64,000 bases of DNA, from assembly GCA_949358305.1 (NCBI GenBank), contig OX442314.1, positions 12,462,001 through 12,526,000 of the forward strand, given 5' to 3'. This document shows positions 1 through 54,848 of this stretch, piece after piece (position 1 is the first letter of the stretch; every line of letters begins with the position of its first letter). The DNA is from Strigamia acuminata (taxonomy: Eukaryota). Under the pieces are notes generated by a model. It was given only the letters and a program-made list of their open reading frames with translations, searched no databases and was not told where the DNA came from. Both the position numbers and the translations under genes were made by a program.

Positions 1-73
1 CTACACCAGTAAACTGGCTCGACCAATGGGAGTACACATTGTGAGGTGCCTTTTTGAGTGCAACTCGAGTATA
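1..73. mobile_element. Right end of a MITE-like element, related to the element at 55876-56051
   Basis: ctacaccagt...ccaatgggag...ttgagtgcaactcgagtata resembles ctacaccagt...ccaatgggag...ttgagtcgaacaagagtata near 55990-56051. Confidence 0.5.
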
Positions 74-89
74 GTAAAGAACCGTTTAC

Positions 90-11077
<10,988 letters not shown>

Positions 11078-11469
11078 CGTTTACGTAGTTGGTAATAGGA
11101 ACTTTCCTTCGGCTCAAGGGCAAGAAATCGATCGAGCGCACACTTATTTCTTACGCTGGAGCATGTCGTGTTCGGATTTAGTCGATCAATTATTTAGAGT
11201 CGAAGGACAGTCACAGAACCAGTTCGGACGTTGATCATGTCGGCGAGAAAAGTCGAGCGATTGCGGGTTCAAATCCGTTAGTCTTTTCTCGCAGACACTC
11301 GTGCCAGGAAGCTTGGAAAGCGCCTCTGATGATGAGCAGCTATTTTGAGCTGCGACTGCAGTTCCTCCTTTAGGTGCCGAATAATAAGCGTAAACTTGTG
11401 ACGCTCCTTCAACCTCTTTAGAACCAAGTAATTTCCGCGATAATTGATGCGTTCGCAGCATCCGCATAC

Positions 11470-11475
11470 AACTGA
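11470..11475 (-). promoter_or_regulatory. Candidate RyR initiator (TCAGTT)
   Basis: Minus-strand TCAGTT matches the arthropod Inr consensus TCAGTY, about 400 nt upstream of the RyR ATG, near the edge of a GC-richer block. Confidence 0.35.
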
Positions 11476-12024
11476 CATGGGGATGGAAATTTTCCCATAC
11501 GGTTTGAAAAACTGCTGGAAAATGAACACTAGTGCCATCTGTGAAGATGAAATTTAAACTATTTTTTTTTTTTTCTAAATATTGAAAACGGCAATTATTT
11601 TGATAGTTATTTATTTGGTTTTTACGATCGTTTATGTTTAATTTTCGGTGCCCAGACTAGTTATTATCGCTAGTAATTAAAATTTTTTTGTGTGCCGATA
11701 CTGATATTTTAATTTATCTTTGATTTATGGACCTTTGGTATCAAACCTAGACCTTTTTGAAGTCATTTTATAGATTTTTTTATGGATTTGAAATTTTACC
11801 CGTGAAAGTTGATAAGAAAACCAAAAAAAAACATTCATAATGTAATTTAAGCTAAACAACATTTTTAATTGACCGTCTCGATCTAACTCAAAAAATGGCG
11901 GCCGAAAAAAAATATTCTACCGTAATATTTTTGAAAGTAGAAAGTAGAAACAAACATTTCAAACATTGGTTTATTACTTCTACCATTATCAGTAGAGAGC
12001 ATACACATGATTCATCATTTTACA

Positions 12025-13146
12025 TTACTCGCAGTTAACTTTGGTGAAACTAGCCAGTGTGTTATTCCATTTTTCACTGCCCATTTGAATGGCGTTCAAT
12101 CTCCAAAACTCCAGAACGAAATTTTCCAAATTGGTTACGTTGTTGGATTTAGCAAATTTGTAGCATTCCAATGCGCTGTTAACATCGACGTTGGTAGACA
12201 ACTTTCCGATGCAAATTTCTTCTAAACTCTTAATTTTATAATCAATGGCCATTAAAAGAAGATCCTTCCATTCGTTGTTAGATTTTAGAGTCGGAATCTC
12301 ATCGGTGTAAACGAATTTAACGATATGGTCAAAATTGTTGAGCGACACGTTTAGTTCGACATGCAGAGGTTTCTTACATTGATCATCTTGATTTGCGTTG
12401 ACAACGAGTTGGTTGTACAGTTCGGGTGCACGAGTTTTTATTATAGGTGTGTGAAGATGGTGATATTTATTTTGGTTGACAGTTACAATATCAGCAGTTT
12501 CTTCGTCCTTCAATACTTTGGATCCAAAATCTTTATAAGTTTGATAGTCAGCTGCATTCGATTTCAAATATTCTACAGTCGGTCTGGTTGATTCTATAAC
12601 ATCATTCAGGTACCAAATGTCAACCAATATTGGTAGGTCTTCTTGACTATCAGGAATCTTTCTCAGCAATTCTTCTTTAGAAATAGCGTTCTCCAAATCC
12701 CAATAATTGCGCTGACCCGGCAATAGGCTTAGCATTACCTTTCTGTCGTAGTTAGTAGATTTTAGTTGAAGCACTGTTGATCCATTTGCACGAAGAAATT
12801 GTATTTTAATTCTCCAGTGAACACGGTCGGTAAAAATGCTGCCTCCCAAATAATGCACATAAAAGCCAATGCTAGGACTACCATTGCCTCTAGCTAGCCA
12901 TAAAAAATAAAATTTCATAGAGCGTCCATTCACTGTTGAATCAAAATGTGGACTCGTAAATTCGTATGTATGAATATAGGTTTTCCATTGTTTAAGAATC
13001 CATAAAGTAGGCGCATGAACTATACGACTATCAGTTACTCCAATTGTTGTTGCAGACCGTACGAGCCTAGAAAGATCGTTTGCATTGCTCGTTGCAGCGC
13101 ACAAAACGACAAGAAAAAGAGTTACCAGTTGAAACATTTTGCTCAT
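12025..13146 (-). CDS. Intronless MATH-BTB-BACK (SPOP/roadkill-like) protein with N-terminal signal peptide, paralog 1
   Basis: 373-aa ORF. Hydrophobic N-terminus MFQLVTLFLVVLCAATSNA; MATH-like segment (WILKQW...FTSPHF...IGFYVHY...ISKEELL...LPILVDI); BTB (ADIVTV...LHTPIIKTRAPEL...FDHIVKFVYTDEI...LLLMAIDYKIKSLEEIC); BACK-like end (VNSALECYKFAKSNNVTNLENFVLEF). TATAAA at about 13174-13179, caaaATG context at 13137, AATAAA at 11970-11975. Confidence 0.85.
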   Translation of the reverse strand: MSKMFQLVTLFLVVLCAATSNANDLSRLVRSATTIGVTDSRIVHAPTLWILKQWKTYIHTYEFTSPHFDSTVNGRSMKFYFLWLARGNGSPSIGFYVHYLGGSIFTDRVHWRIKIQFLRANGSTVLQLKSTNYDRKVMLSLLPGQRNYWDLENAISKEELLRKIPDSQEDLPILVDIWYLNDVIESTRPTVEYLKSNAADYQTYKDFGSKVLKDEETADIVTVNQNKYHHLHTPIIKTRAPELYNQLVVNANQDDQCKKPLHVELNVSLNNFDHIVKFVYTDEIPTLKSNNEWKDLLLMAIDYKIKSLEEICIGKLSTNVDVNSALECYKFAKSNNVTNLENFVLEFWRLNAIQMGSEKWNNTLASFTKVNCE

Positions 13147-13534
13147 TATAATTCTCCTTGTTCCTGACCATCTTTATATGTGAGATTCAACAGGAAATAC
13201 GCAATTTAATTTATCAGCGATTTCGACCAATAACTACTGTTCAGTTGGAAAAAATATTTTTTTACAAAGTAATAATCTATGATGGAACTGACATTGAAAT
13301 TAGTGACCAGTGGGTCCAAAAAGTAAAGATTGCTGTCATCTAAGTTAAAAAAAACGGGTAATTTTCTGTATTTTGTCTAGACGGTACATGTTATTACCAA
13401 TGGAACAGTTTTAAATGACCGCTATCGGTTGCTACTGGATTACTGCATTACTAAAGTTCACGCCCGGTATCTTGATGCTAAATTCGTACTGCGCATCCCA
13501 TTCCGCGCAGACGATTTTCTATTCCAGTATTAAG

Positions 13535-13673
13535 CCTAATATTAGGCCTAATAATGCTACAATTAAGTAAATAAACAACAATAAACTCATCATCAAAAGC
13601 ATAATTAACAGCGTAGTACTAAAATATTGTTGTTTATTTACTGAAGTTTAGCATTATTAGTTCTAATAGTAGG
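13535..13673. repeat. Imperfect inverted repeat (MITE remnant) between the BTB paralogs
   Basis: ctaataatgctacaattaagtaaataaacaacaata pairs with tattgttgtttatttactgaagtttagcattattag. Confidence 0.6.
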
Positions 13674-13924
13674 TATCGGTATATCGTACATTGTTTTTTT
13701 TTTTTGCGATTTCTCACACAGACACACGGTCAGACAATTCTTCTGGCTTTCTTTTACAGATACTCTCATTTATTGGAACGATCAATCAATAGTAATCGGG
13801 CCCGAAGGAAACTAAAGAAACAAAATTCTCAAACATCAGTTTATTACATTTGCATACGGTTATTCATTATACATTTTTAACTAGAGATTGTGTACATGAT
13901 TCATCATTGACGTATTATTAGTTA

Positions 13925-15019
13925 CTAGCAGTTTACTTTGGTGAAACCAGCCAATGTCTTATCCCATTTTTCAGTGCCCATTGTAATGGCGTTCACTCTC
14001 CAAAACTCTAGAACGAAATTTTCCAAATTGGTTACGTTTTTGCATTTTGCAAATTTGTAGAAGTCCAATACGTTGTTGACGTTCACGCTGTCAGCCAACT
14101 TTCCGATGCAAATTTCCTCTAAACTCTTAATTTTATAATCTCTGGCCATCAAAAGAAGATCCTTCCATTCGTTGTTTGATTTTAGAGTGGGAATCTCATC
14201 GGTGTAAACGAATTTAACGATATGGTCAAAATTATTGAGCGACACGTTCAGTTCGACATGCAGAGGTTTCTTACATTGATCATCTTGATTTGCGTTGACA
14301 ACGAGTTGGTTGTACAGTTCGGGTGCGCGAGTCTTTATTATCTGTTTATGAAGATGGCGATTTCCATTTTGGTTGACAGTCAAGATGTCAGCGGTTTCTT
14401 CGTCCTTCAGTACTTTGGATCCAAAATCTGTATACGTTTGATAGTCAGCTGCATTTGATTTCAAATATTCCACAGTCGGCTTGGTTGATTCTGTAATATC
14501 GTTCACGTACCAAATGTCAGCAAATATTGACAAGTCTTCTTGATTAACGGGAATTTTGTTCAGCAATTCTTCTTTACGAATAAAATTATCCCAATTTAAC
14601 CAAGATTCGCGCCATGAGAGTACCATTATGTTGTTGTGGTGGTGAGAAGTTTTTCCTTCAAACACTGCAGCTCCATTTGCATGAAGTAACTGAAATTTAA
14701 TTCTCCAGTGAACGCCCTGGTTAAAACTGCTGTCTCTCAAATGATATACAGAAAAACCAAAGTTCTGACTTCCTGTTTTCCAAACAAAACTAAATTTCAA
14801 AGATCGTCCATTTACCGTTGAATTAAAATGTGGACTCCACAACTGCTGTGTGTTATAATAGCTTTTCCATTGTTTAATGATCCACAAAGTAGGCGCATGA
14901 ACTAGGTGACTATCACTGACTCCAATTGTTGTTGCGGACCGTTCGATCCTGGAAAGATGGTTTGCATCGCTCGTTGCAGCGCACAAAAAGACGAGAAAAA
15001 GAGTTACCAGTTGAAACAT
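13925..15019 (-). CDS. Intronless MATH-BTB-BACK protein with signal peptide, paralog 2 (tandem duplicate)
   Basis: True start is probably the ATG at 15019 (caaaATG; 364 aa), not the GTG at 15040. Same architecture as paralog 1 with a nearly identical BTB region. TATAAA at about 15056-15061, AATAAA at 13840-13845; flanks homologous to those of paralog 1. Confidence 0.85.
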   Translation of the reverse strand: MFQLVTLFLVFLCAATSDANHLSRIERSATTIGVSDSHLVHAPTLWIIKQWKSYYNTQQLWSPHFNSTVNGRSLKFSFVWKTGSQNFGFSVYHLRDSSFNQGVHWRIKFQLLHANGAAVFEGKTSHHHNNIMVLSWRESWLNWDNFIRKEELLNKIPVNQEDLSIFADIWYVNDITESTKPTVEYLKSNAADYQTYTDFGSKVLKDEETADILTVNQNGNRHLHKQIIKTRAPELYNQLVVNANQDDQCKKPLHVELNVSLNNFDHIVKFVYTDEIPTLKSNNEWKDLLLMARDYKIKSLEEICIGKLADSVNVNNVLDFYKFAKCKNVTNLENFVLEFWRVNAITMGTEKWDKTLAGFTKVNC

Positions 15020-15456
15020 TTTGCTCGTTATAATTCTCACTTTTCCTGACCATCTTTATATAAGAAGTTAAACAGGAAATACGTAACTTAATTTGTCGGG
15101 GATTTCCACCAATGATATATATGATATGATAGATATCTATCTATGATAGAACTGGCATTGACATGAGTGACCTGTACTTAGTTCTAAGAGTGAAGGTTTG
15201 TGAGAAACTTCGGTCAATTTGGATAATTGTATTTGATTAAGTTAAAAGATTTGGTTTTCCCCGTTCCAAAACGAGACAGGAAACTAGAGATAACGTGTAG
15301 AGATCATATGATCAATAACCATATCAATTATCATCTGCAGACGAAAGAAGGTTAGTTTCTTTTCTTTCGTCTAAAGTTAAGCACTCGAATATATTTTATT
15401 GTGATAATTTAAAAAAAAAAAATTTTTTTTATTTCAGAATTAAAATTCGGTCCGAG

Positions 15457-17046
15457 ATGAATAATTTCATCGTTTTCACGGTCGTATTTTTCATCTCGGT
15501 GCTTGGAACACTTTGCGGCCCCTCGGGTTACCCGGTACATCAGGTTGCTACGGCATTCACTAAAACTCCGATACCAGCATCGGTCAAGGCAAATCTGGAT
15601 ATCATGGATGGTTACAGCAACTATAAACTGTCTTCGGCAGCTGAACTGAAGTTGCCCTTTCTTGACACCATCAAAAACTGTAAGATCTACAACGACGGTG
15701 TGAGTAAACGTTACATACAACGCACTCTAAAGGAAGGAACACGACGCAAGATTACGTACAGCGACATAAAGGCAGCACAGGACGAATTGAAAGACGTTTT
15801 AGAAGAAATGCGAGACAACACAAAAATACAAAAGTCCCTTAGCAAGCAGGAGCGGCAGGAAATAGCGGATAAACTATGGAGAAAGAAGATGGGCAAGGCT
15901 ATGAAAAACGTTGGTGTTACCAAACCGAAACAAGGAAAGCCAGTACCAGCATCTATCGGGTTTTCAATTGAACTAATAACTAACGAACATCGGGTTTTAA
16001 TAGATAAGACAGGCAAACAACCGCCACAAGTATTCGCCGTCACCACTGTAAATGCATATTTTGAAGGTGAACTTGTTGGTACTTTAAGAGGAGAATATGG
16101 ATTGTCGAATGAGCGTTTTACGTTTCTGTACAATGCGACTGATTTAAAAGCTAGCCTCATGTTGCACCCAAAAAGTCCTAGCAATTGCGTTTACGCGCGG
16201 GAATTAATTTGTGTGGGTCGACCGGTAGTAAACGCGTGTAACAGACACGATATTGATGGGATTTTAAAAGATGAAGATTATAAATGTAAAGAATTCGGGG
16301 CGAACGTACACTATCATCAGTTAGGTTATAAAAGAAGCTTTGATCTTTCGGATTTATTCGACTCTGAAGTGGAACCACTCGTGCGGGAACGTCAAAATCC
16401 AAATGAAACACAGCCCGTGATGAAGAAAGCGTATATCCCGATTAAGATTTATGTGGGACCAACACCAAACACTAATATTGAAAGCGAGACCATTCCTCTG
16501 TCCGAAGTTGTACCTAATTTCATTCTTATTGATGAAATTGTAGGCGAAGATGAAGAAACTGACTTGGATTATCCGGAAGAAACAGATTTAAACATTTTAT
16601 TGATTTACAACGAGACGATTTACGAATTTTCCGTACACAGACTAATCATTTACGCTCGTACCGGCGATTTTTTGTACTACTTGGTTGAAAATTCAACCGA
16701 ACGGGCGATTAATCAGACGGTTGCAATTGACCTTGATATTGATCCGGAGATTTTTAAAGATATCCTGCATTTTATTTATCAAAACAAAGTTCCGCGTACA
16801 GGAAATTGCAAACATTTGCTGCTGCCGAGCCTAGAATTACAAGTGTACACGTTATTTGAAAAATGCTTAAAAATCATCAAAGACAATATGACACTCGAGG
16901 ATGCAATTGATTATTTGCAATTTGCAGAAACGAACCACGTCTTGTTGTTGCGATCAGTTGTAATGGAATTTTTGCGAAATAACGCCCAACGAATGTCCAC
17001 CTCTGAATTCATCGATTTGATCCAACGTTTACCAACTATTGAATGA
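15457..17046 (+). CDS. Signal-peptide protein with unknown N-terminal region and C-terminal BTB-BACK domain
   Basis: 529-aa uninterrupted ORF; MNNFIVFTVVFFISVLG leader; BTB (TDLNILL...FSVHRLIIYART...DIDPEIFKDILHFIYQNKV...LFEKC) and BACK-like end (MTLEDAIDYLQFAETNHVLLLRSVVMEFL). Probable 5'UTR intron 15351-15437 (ag|gttagt...tttcag); AATAAA at about 17096. Confidence 0.85.
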   Translation: MNNFIVFTVVFFISVLGTLCGPSGYPVHQVATAFTKTPIPASVKANLDIMDGYSNYKLSSAAELKLPFLDTIKNCKIYNDGVSKRYIQRTLKEGTRRKITYSDIKAAQDELKDVLEEMRDNTKIQKSLSKQERQEIADKLWRKKMGKAMKNVGVTKPKQGKPVPASIGFSIELITNEHRVLIDKTGKQPPQVFAVTTVNAYFEGELVGTLRGEYGLSNERFTFLYNATDLKASLMLHPKSPSNCVYARELICVGRPVVNACNRHDIDGILKDEDYKCKEFGANVHYHQLGYKRSFDLSDLFDSEVEPLVRERQNPNETQPVMKKAYIPIKIYVGPTPNTNIESETIPLSEVVPNFILIDEIVGEDEETDLDYPEETDLNILLIYNETIYEFSVHRLIIYARTGDFLYYLVENSTERAINQTVAIDLDIDPEIFKDILHFIYQNKVPRTGNCKHLLLPSLELQVYTLFEKCLKIIKDNMTLEDAIDYLQFAETNHVLLLRSVVMEFLRNNAQRMSTSEFIDLIQRLPTIE

Positions 17047-17438
17047 ATTGAAACTTGTAATCGACTTAATTTTGTCAATTGCATTTTAAAAAATTAATAA
17101 AACCAAATAAATATATAAAAAAGTTTAATATGATCTATTAAATTATTTATACTCCATTTAAAACATTAAATTCGGTATTAAATTTATTTATTAGTTACAT
17201 ATTTGACCGGCAGATGGTAGGAACAACTAAGAAACCATCGGAAAAACACGCGAGTTTATTACTTGTCGCCAGGCGACATCGAACGGCCGTTTCTGAGTTT
17301 GAAGTGCTGGAATTTCTCCATTAATTCTAGGGGCGCTGCGCACAAACTTTCACCGAACGAAACGAACGGCGCCACTCGCCAGTGTGCTAGCAGCAGCTCA
17401 GACCGACCAACTCGTGTCGGGCATTCAACGAAAAAGTA

Positions 17439-51535
<34,097 letters not shown>

Positions 51536-54139
51536 AAAACTTGAATGATTTTGTTGGCATTGCGGGGAAATGTGGAAAAAAAGTGTGTCATATTGATGCA
51601 GAGAATTTCTTTTGGAGAAAGACGTGTATAGTCGAAGATGAAGTGTGTTAATCTCAGTTTTCAAGTTTTATTTTAGAAAAATAAAAAGTCAAACTCAAAT
51701 TAAAGGAGAAAGTTAATTAAAATTTGCACGGTCTGCTTCGATCACTAATTTATGATCTCGAACTATCGATTACAAATACGAAGGATATAGTGATAACCGA
51801 ACAACGAACTGGCGATTCTGGTGTCAAAGTGTCAAAGTGGTGAAGTGATGTGTCATATTGACATGAGAACTTGGATTGAGGTGTGTCTACTTCAGATTTA
51901 GATTTGTAGTTAAAATGTTTTTTTGTTCTTTTTAAAATATATATAAAAATGTTTTGAGGATGTGGATGAGAGTGGGTGTTTTGAAATGAATTTATGAGTG
52001 AAACTTTAGAGGTGCAACAAGTGTTTAATTTAAAATGTTGTGATTATTTAATTCCACTGAAGCTGCCGAATCTAGAACCAAAATGTAGTGATGTACACAA
52101 GTGATTTATAAAACTTTACGTTTTCTTTTTTTAATTTGTGAACTTTAATTATAAGAAAAATACAGTATACATTCCCCAGTTTCTGTTTTGAATATTTATT
52201 TGAAATTTAAATCTCGGTAAAAAGGAAAATAAGAAATAAATTCTGAATTACTGAAAGCGCCGTAATGCAAAAAGTCACCGTTGCGAGGCGTTTTTTGCAG
52301 AAAGAAAATGGCTTCGGCTTTCTTCGCCACTTCGTCAGAATGTTTCAAATAAAAGGAACATAAGGTATGATAACACTTCATTTATCACTAATTATTTAGT
52401 TTGTAGTTATACTCGTGCAATGTAGGTGTGAAATCAATCTTGAAATACTTTCAGAAAATGGAAAATGTTTACTCTTGAAAGTGTTACGATTCGTGCTAAA
52501 TATTGAATTATTTTTTTTTAGATTTATTTCACAAAAAAATCAAATGAGATGCCAGCAAAACTAAATAGATTCAACAAAAAGATCACATCAACTGAAGATA
52601 TTTTTTTAAATGGTGTAACGGCGGCGGCCGAATCCAGGTACCAAAGGTAAGTTGAATTACTTAGAGAAAAAATATTTGTAGTGTTTGCACTTTGCATCTA
52701 GGATCCAAAATAAAATTTAAAAACTATAAATTGTTGCAAAACACGATTGTGGCTGGGAAATCATAACTGGTCATTTAAAATCGATTTATTTTTTACACAT
52801 AAGTGTTCATTTTTGTGTTTTTGTGTGTCTTTTGGCTGCCTTCAGCTTCAAGTTGGGATCCAGCTGAAAGGCGAGCAAATTCTTTTGTATGGCTGAAAAA
52901 GCAAAGTGGCAATGTAAGCACTTTTTTCTTCTTTTTTTCTCGTAGTTAAAAAAATTTTCTTTTAAACTTTCATAATAGCTTATTACGCTGACATTTACTG
53001 CCGGTGTTAACGAATTTTTTTTTTTAAGTTTTGTTTTCCATCTTGGAAATACCAAAACAAAAAATATGATTCGTTTGGTTATGGAGAATATTTACTAGAG
53101 AATGAACACGGTGCAAGCTAATACCCGTTCAGTTCCTCTTTAATTTCGTTAATTTAAATTTTGTTCTGTTTGCTGGAAAATTGTGTTGTATAGTGGGATG
53201 GAGCATGTTATTGGATTAGTTTTCAAACGCCAATTTTGTGAATTAAATTTCCATTAAATTGGAATGAGTTAATGGTTTCTCTGCACGCACACGCACTCGT
53301 CAGGTTTAAAGTTTTAGAATTCACTCTCAGGTTGAAATTTTTTCGAGACTTAATTTTGCTAATGTTTCTTTATAAGGTGGTGTAGCCAGTTTGACCATGT
53401 CGTTGTCTTTAACGTGTGTCGTAAATAGTTAAAACAGCAGCTTTAAACGGACTGGGATGGACCCCAGACGTAATTGCACGAGGGTTTTATATCTCAATGC
53501 TGCTTAATAAATATAACCTGATAGATGTAACTACTGCCATCAGTGTCGACGACTTAACCCGGTTTAATTCGGTTTCTTTAAAGGGAGATTGAGTTGAACT
53601 TCTTTTTGAAGTTGTATATATATATAGGAAGGAAAAGAGAAGAAAATTTGATTTTTTTTTTTATATAATTGGGACATAGACAAGAATTTCTGCCCAATTT
53701 AGGCAGGTAATTTTGAGGTAGGGACCTGTTTGAGGGTGGTTTCGGTCGTTATATAGGTTGTTGCCAAATGGAGGTGGTCATCAACTTCAACACAAGTTTC
53801 ACTGTATTTAAAGTAATGATTTAAGAGTGTCATTAGGAAACAATTTCTTAAAACTTGTGATAGATCTTTGGCACATCACAAGCTCAAGAATACTACAGTA
53901 GAGCATCGATTATCCGAACTAATTGAGAGACAGGTGTTCGTAAAACCGATTTGTTTGCATAATCGAACATAAAGTTTATATTCATACTAGGTGCATTCGA
54001 AAAGTCATTTGCACTGAATGACCAGTGCAAATGGCTGTGTAAATGTCAAGTTAAACGGCCCAATTTTTTAATTTAAAATAATTTTCATGTGTAAACTTGC
54101 TGTTCTAGCACGTCAATAGCTGCTACAAAATTGTTCTTG

Positions 54140-54205
54140 CGATCGAGATCATTGCAACCGATATAATGGAAATCCAAGATGGCTGCCAGCAATACACAAT
54201 TTGAA
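54140..54205 (+). repeat. Dispersed repeat, second copy at about 61181-61243
   Basis: gatcgagat...accgat...ggaaatccaagatggctgcca.caatac at both sites. Confidence 0.6.
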
Positions 54206-54848
54206 CCTGAGTAATAACGTTTTGGATAAAGTGATGGTGGCAAAATATTGCAACGCTCGTTTTCTATTTCCCAAGTTAGAAATTCACCTCGCAAATTGTC
54301 TATGAAAAAACAAAGAAGTTTTCAAGAGCACTTTACTTTAAACTTAGCAATTATTTTGTATTTAAGGAAGCGAAATGGGTGGTTATTAATTTCTAATGTT
54401 GTATCAAGAAATGCAATTAACTGTAATCCTTTAATTACTGATGTTTTAAGATTTTTTGTATAAGAACTGTTGAAGTTACCTGTCAATTGCCTCAGCTGGA
54501 GAAAGAAACTAATCACGTTTAGATGTGGATTGTGGAACAAATGAAAATTGTGACCTTTTTTCCGGGAACAAATTGAATGAAATTAATTTTGTTGCTGTTT
54601 TTTCCTTGTTGTAATTCGATTAGGAACAAACGCATTAGAGGAACCTTGAGAATACGTTGTAATGGGATTAATTTGGGCTTTGACAATAGAGGTCGGGTTT
54701 AAAGTTTGTGGTGATCTCGAAATATGTTTCGAGAAAGACTTGGAAATTCGCCTTTAATTAGTAGCAAAATTATGTGAAGATTTTCCATCTTTTAATTTTT
54801 GTTTCAGGAAATTCTTACATACAGTCCGCGACAAAATGATAAGTGCAC

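Noticed and set aside
15409..16411. Minus-strand ORFs overlapping BTB gene 3
   Set aside because: Antisense shadows of the long plus-strand ORF.
52560..52652. Possible non-coding first exon of a downstream gene (AAG|GTAAGT near 52647)
   Set aside because: Only a donor-like site; no downstream coding exon identified in the window.
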